NCBI RefSeq assembly: GCF_006345805.1
Contig: NC_043014.1
Location: 51,212,001-51,276,000 of the forward strand
DNA: 64,000 nt
Origin: Octopus sinensis
Taxonomy: Eukaryota
Direction: 5' to 3'
Notes under the pieces: generated by a model
Database searches by the model: none
Told to the model about the DNA's origin: nothing
The model's input: only the letters and a program-made list of their open reading frames with translations
Part shown: one piece after another, positions 23,419 through 36,540 of the stretch
Layout: every line of letters begins with the position of its first letter
How positions within the stretch are numbered: position 1 is the stretch's first letter
Position numbers and translations under genes: made by a program

Positions 23419-23946
23419 ATGTGCCTGTGTGTGTGTCCTACTGAGGAAAGAGGCCATTCGTTAGGAAGTCAGCCGATACGTCAAAAAAAAAAAGAAATTC
23501 ACTTTCTGTCATGTGTGAAATACAAACATTTGCAATTAAAGACGGTTTTTACTCGAGTACGAACGAACTAGTTAATCTAATCTAGCCTTCCCCTCTTTTT
23601 AACCCCGAAATATTTAGAGTAGGTCTTGATATAAGGGACCACCCGTCTTACACGGGATCAAGTGAGACAAACGATCTTTATCAAATGAGGAAGATGTCTC
23701 GGCATTCATCAGATTTCAAAATGGCGAACATAAAGTAAATAAACATAGTGTCTATAAGTAGAATGTCGCTCTGTCTATCTGCGCATGTGTGTGTGTCTGT
23801 CTGCGTGTGTATATATGTGGATATGATCTTTCTACCCTTACATGTTTCAGTCAATGGACTATTGCTGTATGTATGTATCTGTGTGTATGTTTATATGTAT
23901 GTACAGCAATGCGCACTTATGTGTATGTATGTATGTATATATATAT

Positions 23947-23980
<34 letters not shown>

Positions 23981-24529
23981 ATATATATATATATAATATA
24001 TATATATATATATAAACAGAGCTGGGGGAAATGGAGAGAAGAGGGAGCCAAGTAGTTGTTTAAAAAGTCTCCTGAGGAGATGCAATCTGCATCTGTCATG
24101 CAAGAAAATTAATTATACAGCACGTCACCAGTGAGGTACAGATGCAGGATGAGACGAAACAAGTGTAGTGGTTTAGTATAATGAATCTCGCGAACTCCAT
24201 GTGCTCTCTCACATATATATAAAGTTGAAACGAGCAACTGGTTTTGCTGTTTAGCGTATGAGTGGCAATCCTGAAAATGTTTCAACTGCCGTAGGTATAT
24301 TTGTAATTAATTCTGAGTTTATATAAACAGTAAATCATCGAAATGAAACACAAAGAGCATGAAGCTATTTCCACCACACCTGCGTTGCTCGAGAATTCGT
24401 ACCGTTATATTCGCACTCGTGGAAGTACACGTGCACGTCAGTACCTGTGTCTCACGTTGCACAATTCTATTTGCCTGTTTACCTACCTACTTACCTACCT
24501 TCCTTGATACTGTTTGGACTAAGATACCC

Positions 24530-24790
24530 GTTAACAAGCCGCAGGTATTTATAGAGTGTTAAACAATTTCGGTATGCAAATTAAGAACTCCTTCTTATAT
24601 AGATTAACTGCTGCATTCGTTGAGTATATAAACAGTTTGGCTGCTAGTTTCTCTGGAGACTGTCAGAATGATGTGGACGGCTCTGATGAGACCCCAATAA
24701 GGTTCGAGACTCGATTAAGGTTGTTCCTTTATTAAGTCTGCAGGGAAATCGCTAAAATTTGCGCTGTTTATGATTATTACATTTCTATCT
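24530..24790 (+). mobile_element. Penelope-like terminal repeat remnant with degenerate hammerhead (family 2, copy 2)
   Basis: CTGATGA-GACCC-CAATAA-GGTTC-GAGAC-TCGA-TTA at 24683-24717; aligns with 11810-12040. Confidence 0.6.
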
Positions 24791-25002
24791 CGTAGATTAA
24801 ATTATCTACGTAAATTATTTATATACGTACGTAATTTAAATGTCCACTGTATTTAAAATAAGAGCTATTTGTTTCTTACCATTAGTAGATCTTATTTCTA
24901 TTTAGTGTACATTAAATGGTATTTATGTCTCGTAGGATGGATTATTTTTGTTGCTGATTTTACCTGAACAGAACAGTAACATATTTAAAAAAATGTTTTT
25001 TT

Positions 25003-25203
25003 ATTTTACTTGTTTCAGTCATTTGACTGTGGCCATGCTGGAGCACCGCCTTTAATCGAGCAACTCGACCCTGGGACTTATTCTTTTGTAAGCCCAGTAC
25101 TTATTCTATCGGTCTCTTTTTGCCGAACCGCTAGGTGACGGGGACGTGAACACACCAGCATCGGTTGTCAAGCAATGCTAGGGGGACAAACACAGACACA
25201 CAA

Positions 25204-25238
<35 letters not shown>

Positions 25239-25409
25239 CGTATATACGACAGGCTTCTTTCAATTTTCGTCTACCAAATCCACTCACAAGGCATTGGTCG
25301 GCCCGGGGCTATAGCAGAAGACCCTTGCCCAAGATGCCACGCAGTGGGACTGAACCCGGAACCATGTGGTTGGTTAGCAAGCAACTTACCACACAGCCAC
25401 TCCTGCGCC
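25003..25409 (-). mobile_element. SINE family A, full length
   Basis: Near-consensus head, microsatellite spacer and 3' half. Confidence 0.92.
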
Positions 25410-26504
25410 TATGAACACACACACACACACATATATATGTGTTTATATATATAGGCAAGTGTCTTCTTCTATGGCCTCGGGCCGACCAAAGCCTTGAAAG
25501 TGGAATTGGAAGATGAAACTGGAAGAAACCCGTCGTGTATGTAACAGCTTTTGTTATATTTCTGCTGCTTTTAAATAAAGCATATTACTCTACCTCTGGT
25601 ATTTGAGTACTCTTTTTCCCACCTTGTTTCGCATTTATGTGCTTTTTCCGGTATAAATCTGAACTTTCAATTCAGTCGGAAGAAACGCCACCGAGGTCTT
25701 GTTCAACGTACTAGCGATTAAGTGTATGTGTGTGTATATATAAGTATGGGTGACTTACATGCACTTATGCAGAGTGAGCATTTCTCATTCATGACGAGAA
25801 ATATAAGAGGGAGATTTTCGCTGCTATCTTTTGACAGTGTATGCCGTCATGTTGACCTAGATTCTCTGTTGGAACATTTAGCTGCTCTTTCTAACACGTC
25901 AAACAAGCGTGCAATCCATCTTCCCGATTTGGCACGTTTGTCTCTTTTTTTGTTCTTGACTTGACTTGCCGAAAGAATTGCGAGTCAGAAAGTCAAATTC
26001 CGAAAATTCACCAAGAGGGATTTGTTTCAATGTCTGCCCATTGACATTAGTTCTTGACATTTATATCGGATGCTGGAAAGATTTTTGTATTATAGCGTCA
26101 CTCATTTCAACCAAGCAAAAATGTTGCATCTCCTTCTTTGTATATAATGCTGAATGGATTTCGTTTATCGATTAGCGAACATTTTCTATTGAATGCTCGC
26201 TGTTGAACTACGATGTCTATTAAATGTCACTTGTACTTGACTAAACTTTCTTGCAATGGTCTTTCCGTAGTTTTAGCTGTCGGAGTCGACGGCGCATCGT
26301 AGCTGTTGTCAATGGTGGGTTGTTACTAAGACGTTGATGCTTTGGTGCTGCTAACAGTTGATGGTAGTTGTTGACGATGTGCAAAAGGAACTATTGTTTA
26401 AGATAATACCAATGCTAGAATCTTTTGTGTTTATTAGTAAAAGAATGAAAATAAACTGGAATGCTTTCATCTTCCTCCACTTCAAACCGAATTCAAGAAT
26501 ACCT

Positions 26505-27000
26505 GGCTCAGTCTGTGGATGTGTGGTAAGAAGCTTGATTCACAACCACAAGGTTCCGGGATGAGTCCCAGTGTATGGCAAGTTGGGCAAGTGTCTTGTA
26601 CAATAGGCTCGAGTCGACTAAACCCTGGTGAGTGAATTTGGTAGATGAAAACAAAGAAGCCCATCGTGTGTGTGTGTGTGTGTATGTGTGTGTTGTTGTA
26701 TCTGTCTTGTTTGTGTTTGTCAGCCAGTCTTTTGTAAGTGGATTGGGTAGATGGAAACAGAAAGAAGCTCTGTGTGTGTGTGTGTCTCTCTGTGTTTGTG
26801 TCGGTGTTTTGTTCCCACCGACATCGCTTGACACCGACGTTAGTGTGTTTACGTTCCTGTAACTTAGCAGTCTGTCAAAACAGACCGAGAGAATAAGTAC
26901 CAGTCTTGAAGGAAAGCACTGGGGTCGATTCATTCGAGTAAAATTCGTCATAGTGCTGCCCCAGCATGGTCACTCTCTAATGACTGAAACAAGGAAAAGA
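26505..27000 (+). mobile_element. SINE family A with an internal duplicated segment
   Basis: Head, two GTGGATT(T)GGTAGATG(G)AAAC segments each followed by (TG)n, and 3' half. Confidence 0.8.
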
Positions 27001-27215
27001 TAAAAAATAGGAATTAGTGAAGGGTTTATATGAAAATAGATGCTAATATATAGCGGAGATTAAAACGATAAAATTGCGCACAATATTAGGGTGATTATTT
27101 TCTGTGAGGGATTTCGGTGTTTACTGGGGGTCTGCGCATTTGTATACATCCTCACATTAGAGAGAGAGAGAGAGAGAGAGAGGAGGGAGGAGAAGTGTTT
27201 TTTTGGGTAGAAACA

Positions 27216-27296
27216 TGGCAAGTGTCTTCTACTATGGTGTCGAGCCAACCAGGCTTGCGAGTGGATTTGATAGACAGAAACTGAAAGAAGCCCGTC

Positions 27297-27336
<40 letters not shown>

Positions 27337-27520
27337 GTTTATGTATCTGTGTTTGTCCAACCATCATCGCTTGACAACCGATGCTGGTGTGTTTGTGTCC
27401 CTGTAACCTAGCGGTTCGGCAAAAGAGGCCGAGAGAATAAGTCTTGGGCTCGATTTGTTCGACTAAAGGCAGTGTTCCAGCATGGCTGCAGGCAAATGAC
27501 TGAAACAAATAAAAGAAGAA
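27216..27520 (+). mobile_element. SINE family A, 5' truncated
   Basis: Starts at GGCAAGTGTCTTC; (TA)n spacer; 3' half. Confidence 0.85.
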
Positions 27521-28008
27521 ATATGTATATATATGAATCTCTCTTTGAATTCCTCTCACACGTGTGAGATATGCGTGCATCTTCATGTATATGCAAGCGC
27601 ATATACGTATATACACTTTCTCACTATATATAGAATGTATGTAGCTGTGCATAAGTGTGTATATATATATTCGTAACAAGCATATATTGTCATATTCTTT
27701 GTATTGCCTTATGCCAAAGCCTATGCTCTTTCGTAGTGGAACCACATATGGTCGTGCTCCAAGTTAAATGTTGATAGCATTGTCAGTGAAGCGTATCCAG
27801 AGTTGACAAGTGGCGTCAACAAGGCTTTTGTTTTTACACTTAAAAAAACAAAATATTTTTTCCGAGTTGGCGACTTTAGTTATTGACTTAACGTGTTGGC
27901 TTTAAATTCAGAGAGAAATATATGGCTGTGTTGACATGAGACTTGTTTTGCATCAAGAAAACTCCAGAGACCGAAGAAATTGGTAACGGTTGTGTAGATA
28001 TCCATTGA

Positions 28009-28066
<58 letters not shown>

Positions 28067-28238
28067 GTATATATTGAATGTTCAATGTAGGATCGAACGT
28101 TTTGGCCTATCGTACTTTGTCTGAGAATGAGAAGAAGAGATAAAAATAGTCGTGGATTTGGATGGAAGTTTACAAATGCGGATTTTGGGTGAAATATAGG
28201 AAGAATATTGGTATGATGCGAAGAGTGACACAGAATAT

Positions 28239-28471
28239 CTATTTCTTTTGCTACCCACAAGGAGCTAAACACAGACAGGCCAAACAAGGACAGTCAAACG
28301 AATTAAGTCGATTATATCGACCCCAGTGCGTAACTGGTACTTATTTAATCGACCCAGAAAGGATGAAAGGCAAAGTCGACCTCGGCGGAATTGGGAACTC
28401 AGAACGTAACGGCAGACGAAATACGGCTAAGCATTTCGCCCGGCGTGATAACGTTTCTGCCAGCTCGCCGC
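28239..28471 (-). mobile_element. Young full-length SINE family B
   Basis: Consensus head, central domain and CCCCTTGTGGGTAG-type tail on the reverse strand. Confidence 0.9.
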
Positions 28472-30199
28472 TTTGTGACACACAATACCTGTTTTGGTTC
28501 GAGTGGTGTGTGAGATGAGCAAAGGAGGGCGGAGGAGGCTTGATGTAAAAACTATTGAAATTAAGATGAAGAAAAGGAAAGCGTGGTGAATGAACGAGAG
28601 CAGCGTAGGAAGTCTAGTGATTTGCCTGGTGGTGGTCGTGGTGGAGTCGGGGAATGTTTCGTTTCAGATTTCACATATTATACATCCAGGGTTATGAGTT
28701 GTAAGAATAATTTGTTCTCGGTTCAATGTTCAGATTTTGCAATACGAAATATGAAATTATTTTTTCCGTTACTTGTATTTTCGTATTTTACCATTTCGTG
28801 ATCCTAAGAATTTCTACGTTCTATGTATAGGAATTGTTGCAACATCTCTTAAAAATTATTTAAGACTTTTCGGTTGTTGCATGCATTCCGTTAAGTGCAT
28901 TCGTGTTAGGATATAAATAAGCATAAATGTTGTTTAACACCAAAGCAGATCGCAGTGTGCATCACTTATGATCGACAATATTCTAACTATCAATTCCCAA
29001 TTTTTGCTGGCATTGTGTAGCTAAACTACGATGTCCATTATGCTACTTTTAAACAGCAGGATCTGATTTAGATAAATGGCTATTTCGTGCAGCTCAAGCG
29101 GCCATGTATATATAACTTTGTTTAGTCGAATACCTGCATTTAAGTTGTTAGTTGTTATTTAGTTACAGATGAGCTCTTACTTGGGCTATCTATGTTCCAG
29201 TCGTGACCATATATAATGTATTTTGGGTTACAGTATCTGATATATCCTCCTTCATTGCTGTTTGGCTTCAGGTCAGATTTTCCAAATTACCAAAGCTGCG
29301 AAATTCTGCTTCCGGAAATATCTTTTTATCTTCCTAGAATTTTCCAGTGGATACAGAATTTAACTACCCTATCATTATATTCCAAATATAGGCGGTCAAT
29401 TTGCTGATATTCTTCTGTATTCTCGAAGTAAGACATGATATCTTTATTTAAATAAACCTTCGCTCATTCCCTTAAGTCTTACGGTAAATATGATTTTGTT
29501 TTCGACTGATGATTATTATATAAAAAATAATTGCCTCAGTGTTTCGGGATAAATCTGTGCTTCTTTGTAGCCAACATACCTCCGTTAGATTGAGGGAATT
29601 ATTGTTCCTTTTCAGCTTCAAGTCTTTTGCAGTAAATATGAAGCTTAAAGAGATGGACAAAGTAAAAAAAAAAAAAAACACACCTTTTAAATAACATACA
29701 CTGAAGGTCCTTACGCTGAACATGGCGTGCGCATGCGAAAAACAGACATGCGTGTCTCAGCGTGCATCTGGGAATAAATTACAAGCATTACATGTCACCA
29801 GGTTTAATACAGGTGTAAAGTATAGTTATAGACATGTAAAATCCTGATTTTAGCATAACTGTAGAATGTAATCTATGCTCAGAAAATTAGATTAATGTAA
29901 CTAGATTCAATGTTTATCCACTCTTCATCTGTAATCAGTTACTAATTTTTTTTGTTAACGGAGAGATTAGATATGTTCTGCTCTTTTCTCTTCGTTTTAT
30001 CTTTTTCTCTTCTCCCCATATTTTCCGCATTCCTTTCTGTCAAAGAGTGTAACTTCGAAGCGTCAAAGATTCTTCAATTTTTCTTGAGTGTCAAATGCAC
30101 CCTGTCTGTTGTTCCCTCACCGGACTCTCTAAATTTTTGGAAGACTGCGGAAAAGTACAAAGTAATCCAGAAATGGATAACAAAATTAGGCAGTTTTAC

Positions 30200-30411
30200 C
30201 TTGTATTTCTATACTTCGGGGTGAAAACCCCTTCTTCAGGATATTTGGAGAAATCAGTAGTTGGAAAAAGTCGTTGCTGAGATGTGTGCGGCGGAGGTAG
30301 GGGATGAAGTCTACTTCGTGTAGTTTCTTCCTGTTGCTTGATGGTTGGTCTCAATATTGGCTTCCATGATTCTGATATTGCCCCTGTTGCGTTGCGTTGC
30401 CCTAATGGAAA
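30200..30411 (-). CDS. Candidate coding exon, Pro/Thr/Gln-rich, unidentified (FPLGQRNATGAISESWKPILRPTIKQQEETTRSRLHPLPPPHTSQQRLFPTTDFSKYPEEGVFTPKYRNT)
   Basis: 70-codon open frame bounded by in-frame stops that coincide with acceptor TTTTAG (alternative TTCCATTAG, exon start 30401) and donor AG|GTAAAA. Confidence 0.35.
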
Positions 30412-30424
30412 CTAAAATCTTAAC

Positions 30425-30650
30425 GCGGCGAGCTGGCAGAAACGATAGCACTCCGGGCGAAATGCTTTGTGGTATTTCGTCCGCCGCTGCGTTCTGAGTT
30501 CAAATTCCGCCGAGGTCGACTTTGCCTTTCATCCTTTCTGGCTCGATAAATTAAGTACCAGTTACGCACTGGGGTCGATGTAATCGACTTAATCCGTTTG
30601 TTTGTCTGTCTATGTTTGTCCCCTCTGTTTAGCCCCTTGAGGGCAATAAA
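30425..30650 (+). mobile_element. Young full-length SINE family B
   Basis: Consensus head, central domain and tail. Confidence 0.9.
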
Positions 30651-31310
30651 ATCGTGGGTTTGGCACTTCCTAAAATGTTTCTTTATTGAAATGTCTGTAT
30701 GTAATGTGCTCCTTTATACGGATGGGTATTTTCCTGGCAGTCTTCCCTATGTAGGACGCCCCATATATGTTGCAGATATTGTTAATGCTTGTTCATATTT
30801 TCAGTTATAATAAAAACAATTTTACATCTGATATGCTACCCAACAATTTTGTAGAGTACAGATTTACTATTCTTTCACAAGAATGTAGCTGACAGTGACA
30901 TTGACAAGTAAGCCACCTCGGACCACCGACCGTACACGGCTTAACGAGTCGAAACTGAAGTTGCTGTCAGTAATATTCTTGCTGGAGAATATTATAAACA
31001 AACATGGACCCGAGGAAGTACATCTGCTTAGTTGCAGAATGCTTTTCTGGTTAATAAAAAAGTAAAATAAACAAACAAAACAGTTAAAAATTATGATGCA
31101 ACTACACAGCTTACATTTCATGGTGCATTTATAAACATGTCTATTAAAAGTGTACGCTCGCAGTACAGATGCTTCTTTTTGTCTGTCTGTCACTCACACT
31201 ATGAATGTAGGTATACACTTATAGGTATGCATAGGATGAATTTTGTGTTGCCTTGATGATCTATTGTGGTTCAGCCTCGAATAGCACTTGGAACATCCAA
31301 TGAAAAGTCT

Positions 31311-31742
31311 ACAGGAGTGGTTGTGTGGTAAGTAGCTTGCTTACCAACCACATGGTTCCGGTTTCAGTCCCACTGCGTGGCACCTTGGGCAAGTGTCTTC
31401 TACTATAGGCTCGGGCCGAGCAAAGCCTTGTGAGTGGATTTGGTAGACGGAAACTGAAAGAAGCTTGTCGTATATATGTATGTATGTATGTATGTATATA
31501 CATATAATGTGTGTGTGTGTGTGTGTGTGCTTGGGTGTCTGTGTTTGTCCCCCAACATCACTTGACAACTGATGCTGGTGTGTTTACGTCCCCGTAACTT
31601 AGCGGTTCGGCATAAGAGACCGATAGAATAAGTACTAGGCTTACAAAGAATAAGTCCTGGCGGGGTCGATTTGCTCGACTAAAGGCGTTGCTCCAGCATG
31701 GCCGCAGTCAAATGACTGAAACAAGTATAAGAGAGTAAAAGA
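31311..31742 (+). mobile_element. SINE family A, full length
   Basis: Near-consensus head, (TA)(TGTA)(TG) spacer and 3' half ending GAGTAAAAGA. Confidence 0.92.
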
Positions 31743-32759
31743 GAAAAAAATAACCACAGTAGCAAAACGTACGTTGAGATAAAAACTGTTTTATCATAGT
31801 TTCTCCATTGTGCGTAAATATTTCTCCATCTCTCTTCACACACGTGCATATATAAATCTGCGTGCCATGTTTCCGCGTACATGCGTGTAGTATGCTACCA
31901 TGTGTTGCTTTCTTAACCAGTTAATTCGATACACAGCAGTCCAAAATCTGACAGCCTATCTACCCACTCACTCACTTTGTATATATATTTGTGTGTGTGT
32001 ATATATATCATTTCTCTCTTTCTCTACACACACAAAAATACACAAAAAAACATACACACACACAAATTGATATCACATTGAGAATAAAATAGTCCATCAG
32101 AAAGAAAATTAAGAGATAATTTTGAAAGAGTGAATAGTAAGCGATATAAATATGGCGTTAATAATGACTTTAGACTTTGGTAATCCTTTATTCCATTGCT
32201 TCCTGGAATCCCCTGAGATCGAGAGTCTAAGAAACACGAACTCTTAAGTTTATTTATATATTAGAGAAAAACATGGCTGCTGGCAGTATTGCGTTGCTAG
32301 ATTAGACTTTGTTACGAATAATGAAAGCAGGTCTTGTTTAGCAACAGACTGAGAGATGCTCAACTGTTTGCTAGCATTTTCTAAAGCTTCAGGCAATCGA
32401 GTGCAGCGACGCGCGATAAAATGACAACAATAACAGCAGCAACAGCAACAGCAACAACAACAACAGCAGCAAAACAACAACAACATGGAGACGGTGGTAC
32501 TTTAAGCAGAACACAGAATCGCTTTTGTCACCCTGTCTGCTTGCCTAGATGTCTACTTTTCTCTTTCTTTCATTCTTTTTCTCTTCCGTCTTTCCTTTTC
32601 CATGCTTTATCATGAATGTGTGTATGTACTTCAGAGGATCTGTTCTTACTTCTAGTACTTACAGAAACTTATCAAGCAGCGGAGTTTACCGTGGATTTGC
32701 ATAGGAATTGAAACCATACAAGTCATCATTCAGTCTTTGCTTGTTTTCCCTTTACCGAA

Positions 32760-32901
32760 CATCTATCTATCTATCTGTCTATCTCTCTCTGTGTCTATCT
32801 CTCTCTCTGTCTATCTCTCTCTGTCTATTTCTCTCTTTGTCTATCTCTCTCTGTCTATCTCTCTCTCTGTCTATCTCTCTCTGTCTATCTCTCTCTCTAT
32901 T

Positions 32902-32932
<31 letters not shown>

Positions 32933-33400
32933 CTCACTCTCTATCTCTCACTATCTCTCTCTCTATCTCTCTCTCTCTCTCTTTATTTCTCACTCTCTCT
33001 TTATTTCTCACTCTCTCTTTATCTCTCACTCTCTCCTTATCTCTCACTCACTCTCTCTCTCTCACTCTCTATCTCTCACTCTCTATCTCTCACTATCTCT
33101 ATCTCTCACTATCTCTCTCTCTCTATTTCTCTCTCTATCTCTCTCTCTCGCCTCTCTCTATCTATCTGTCTATCTCTCTCTCTCACTCTCTGTCTATCTC
33201 TCTCTGTGTCTATCTCTCTCTGTGTCTATCTCTCTCTCTGTCTATTTCTCTCTTTGTCTATTCCTCTCTTTGTCTATCTCTCTCTGTCTATCTCTCTTTG
33301 TCTATCTCTCTCTCTATCTACCTATCTACCTCTTTCTACCTATCTATCTCTACTTACCTACGTCTCTCTACCTACCTACCTACCTACCTACCTACCACTC
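32760..33400. repeat. Compound (TC)n/(TCTA)n polypyrimidine microsatellite
   Basis: Visible directly; source of the L/S pseudo-ORFs. Confidence 0.95.
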
Positions 33401-34229
33401 TCTCTCTGTGTATTCCGCCGTCCATTCGCCTCACCTCAAAAACTCCGAAAATAAAAAGAAATTTATACGTTTTTCGGTATTATTTATTTCATGATTTATA
33501 CTGTCAACCCTAATTATCTTCATTTTTGCCAACCTGATATCCTTAATCTAGCATGCGCCATATACGGTAATCCCCAAATAGTCGTTGGAAAGGATAAAAA
33601 GAAAAAAAAAGTTAAAGAAAATAAGGAAAGAAAAAAAAAAGCGGGAGTAAATTACGAGGAAAAAAGGATTTATATGGGAAACTCTGTTAAATTTAACTTG
33701 AACATTCTCAACACGGAAGCTGTCGCCATGAATAATCGTTCTTCGGAAATCTTCAGTGAATGTTTTTGAAATTTCCATAAGAATAATTCACCATCTGGAG
33801 ATAAAGTAGCGTATCACGAAACGGTAACGGCGGGGAATTTATCAAGCTGGTGAACCTGCTAGACATAGCAACTAAATTATACTCCAGTTTTGACTTAGGG
33901 TTGAAAAATTAAAAAAATAAAAAATAAAAAATAAGAATATATGGGCGGTTGGATAAGTTAGCACCATAGAAATGCTGAAGGAATAGGTGGGGGTTTGGAT
34001 GACTTTCAGGAGAGACCTGGCCAGAAGCGAAACGGCAACAAGCGTCTGTGGAAACGGTGGACCTGCTAGGTACAGAATGCAAATCATATTCCAATCTCGC
34101 CTTAGTTTTAAAAATGAAGTAAAGAAAAAAAAACTATAAAGAGATTGGATAAATGCATTTCTGGATACTTAATCGCTAATCTTTGTCCAGAAGTAAAGGT
34201 TATAGTAATAAGCCTTTGTTAGACACGAT

Positions 34230-34930
34230 GCTTGAAATTTTGTAGTGAGGATGCTGGTAGATTACATCCATCCCAGTGTTTAACTGGAACTCATTCTATC
34301 GATCTCGAAAGGATGGAAGGTAAAGTCGACCACGACGCATTTTCCAGTCGGGACGTAAAAGCGGATGAAATGACACTGGGCATTTTTCCGGTTTGCTAAC
34401 GATTCTGTCAGTTAACCATAGTGATACTTATGTTGGTACGTGGTATGAGATAATGGAGGTAGAGGGGCTAATCGATTATATCAACCACAGTACTCACTGG
34501 TGCTTCTTTTATTTCGACACCGAAAAGATGAAAGGTGAAGTTGACCTCGGCGAAATTTGAACTCAGAACGTAAGGAAGGATAAAATGCCGCTAGACATTT
34601 TGCCGAGTATGCTAACCATTCTTATTTCTTTACTACCCACAAGGGGCTACACACAGAGGGGATAAGCAAGGACTGGCAAACGGATTAAGTCGATTATATT
34701 GATCCCAGTGCGTAACTGGTACTTATTTAATCGACCCCGAAAGGATGAAAGCCAAAGTCGACCTCGGTGGAATTTGAACCCTGAACGTAGCGGCAGACGA
34801 AATACCGCTAAGCATTTCGCCTGGTATGCTAACGTTTCTGCCAACTCGTGTTAACCATTCTGTCACCCCACCCTCATAACAATAATAACTGCTAGTCTTG
34901 TGCCTAAAGATAAAACTATTTTCTTGATAT
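34230..34930 (-). mobile_element. Nested SINE family B cluster; young copy (34621-34848) inserted in the head of an older copy
   Basis: Minus-strand AGAATGGTTA(A/G)CA duplicated on both sides of the young copy. Confidence 0.85.
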
Positions 34931-35487
34931 ATTAATTTGAAACCAGCCTGATGTAATGAAGTCATTAATCGCCCCTATTCTATAAATATTTACTTTATAA
35001 GCCCCTGAAGGATGAAATATAAACTAATCCTGTTTGGATTCGAACCAGAACGTGTATTAATGACCGCTATCCTGAAAATCAGTAAGAGATCACTTGATAC
35101 TGAAGCCCTTAATAGAGTATATGTGTAGGGTAACTTACCTTTATCCCAAGCGTAGAAGAGACACACGTGAAGACAATTAATGCTGTCGGTATTCAGTCAC
35201 TTTATCTCTTGCTTTTGCAATACCTATCACGAAAGTGAAACCAGATATTTGAAAGTTCTTACATTATAAGTTGGCGACATGTAAAGGGAAATATTATACT
35301 GGGAATACGTCAACGTCAGTATTGTAAAAATACTTGGTTATATAGAGTCCCGCCTAAGAAATGAATGTTAGGTATCCATTCTGATATATGATCTGAGAAG
35401 AAAGAACCTACATACTGGAAGACATTCGAGACAGAGGTGGATAATAATAATAATAATAATAATAACAACAACAACAATAATAATAAT

Positions 35488-35695
35488 GATGGTTTCAAAT
35501 TTTGGCAGAAGACAAGCAATTTTAGGAGGAATTTAAGTCGATTGCATCGAGCCCCGTAATTGAATAGTATTTTACATTCCCCAGCCAATAAGGAACAAAG
35601 GTAAATTTGGCCTCAGCGTTGTTCGAACTCTGAACTTAAAATCAGGAGAAATGGCTCTAAACATTTTATCCACGTGCTAACGATTCTGCCAGCTT
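35488..35695 (-). mobile_element. SINE family B, diverged
   Basis: GTTCGAACTCTGAAC B-box region and GCTAACGATTCTGCCAGCT head. Confidence 0.7.
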
Positions 35696-36129
35696 CTCGC
35701 GTTCAATATGGTTTCATATTTTGTCACAAGGCCTGGAAATCAAAGGGGACGTGTTTTGCTTCTTTTCTCTTGGGGTGTGGTACAGTCATTTGTTGTGTTA
35801 TTGCTTGTATTGTGTGTTGAGAGTGTAATGCGTTGGTTAATTGACTTGCTGGTGGAAGTTTATTTCACTGAGCAATTACTGTAAAAAGTGTTTCTTGTGT
35901 TTGTAGATCGTTTTATTCAGGATGTGTTATTGAATTGAAATCTCTCCAAATGGCAGACATTTCACTTTTTATTCGAGGGTATGAGAATAAGTCTTCAATG
36001 TTTCGAGAGCGTACTCGTTTGCAATTTAATCCTTCCATTCAATACATCTCCATTTGATAACATGTGGCAGTAATATAGTTTTCTGGGAAGCATCCCGAGA
36101 GACATTCGTTTTGTTTAAAAACAATAATA

Positions 36130-36540
36130 ATCATTTCTACTAAAGGCACAAGGCCTGAAATTATGGGGGTGGGGACTAGCAGATTACATCGACTCCAGTG
36201 TTTCACTGGTACATATTTTATCGACCCCGAAAGGATTAAAGGAAAAATCGACCTCGTTCGCATTTGAACTCAGAACGCAGCGACGGGCGAAATACCTATT
36301 TCTTTACTACCCACAAGGGGCTAAACACAAAGGGGACAGACAAGGACAGACAAACGGATTAAATCGATTACATCGACCCCAGTATTAATCTGGTACTTAA
36401 TTTATCAACCCCGAAAGGATGAAAGGCAAAGTCGACCTCGGCGGAATTTGAACTCACAACGTAACGGCAGACGAAATACCGTGCTAACGTTTGTGCCAGC
36501 TCGACATTTCGTCCAGCGCGCTAACGATTCTGCCAGCTCA
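36130..36540 (-). mobile_element. Nested SINE family B cluster (young copy about 36296-36510 inside an older copy)
   Basis: Junction AAAGAAATAG|GTATTTCGCCCGTCG on the minus strand; older head at 36510-36540. Confidence 0.85.

Noticed and set aside
24140-24175. GGATGAGACGAAACAAGTGTA, hammerhead-like words
   Set aside because: No CUG start, no stem II, and no convincing stem I.
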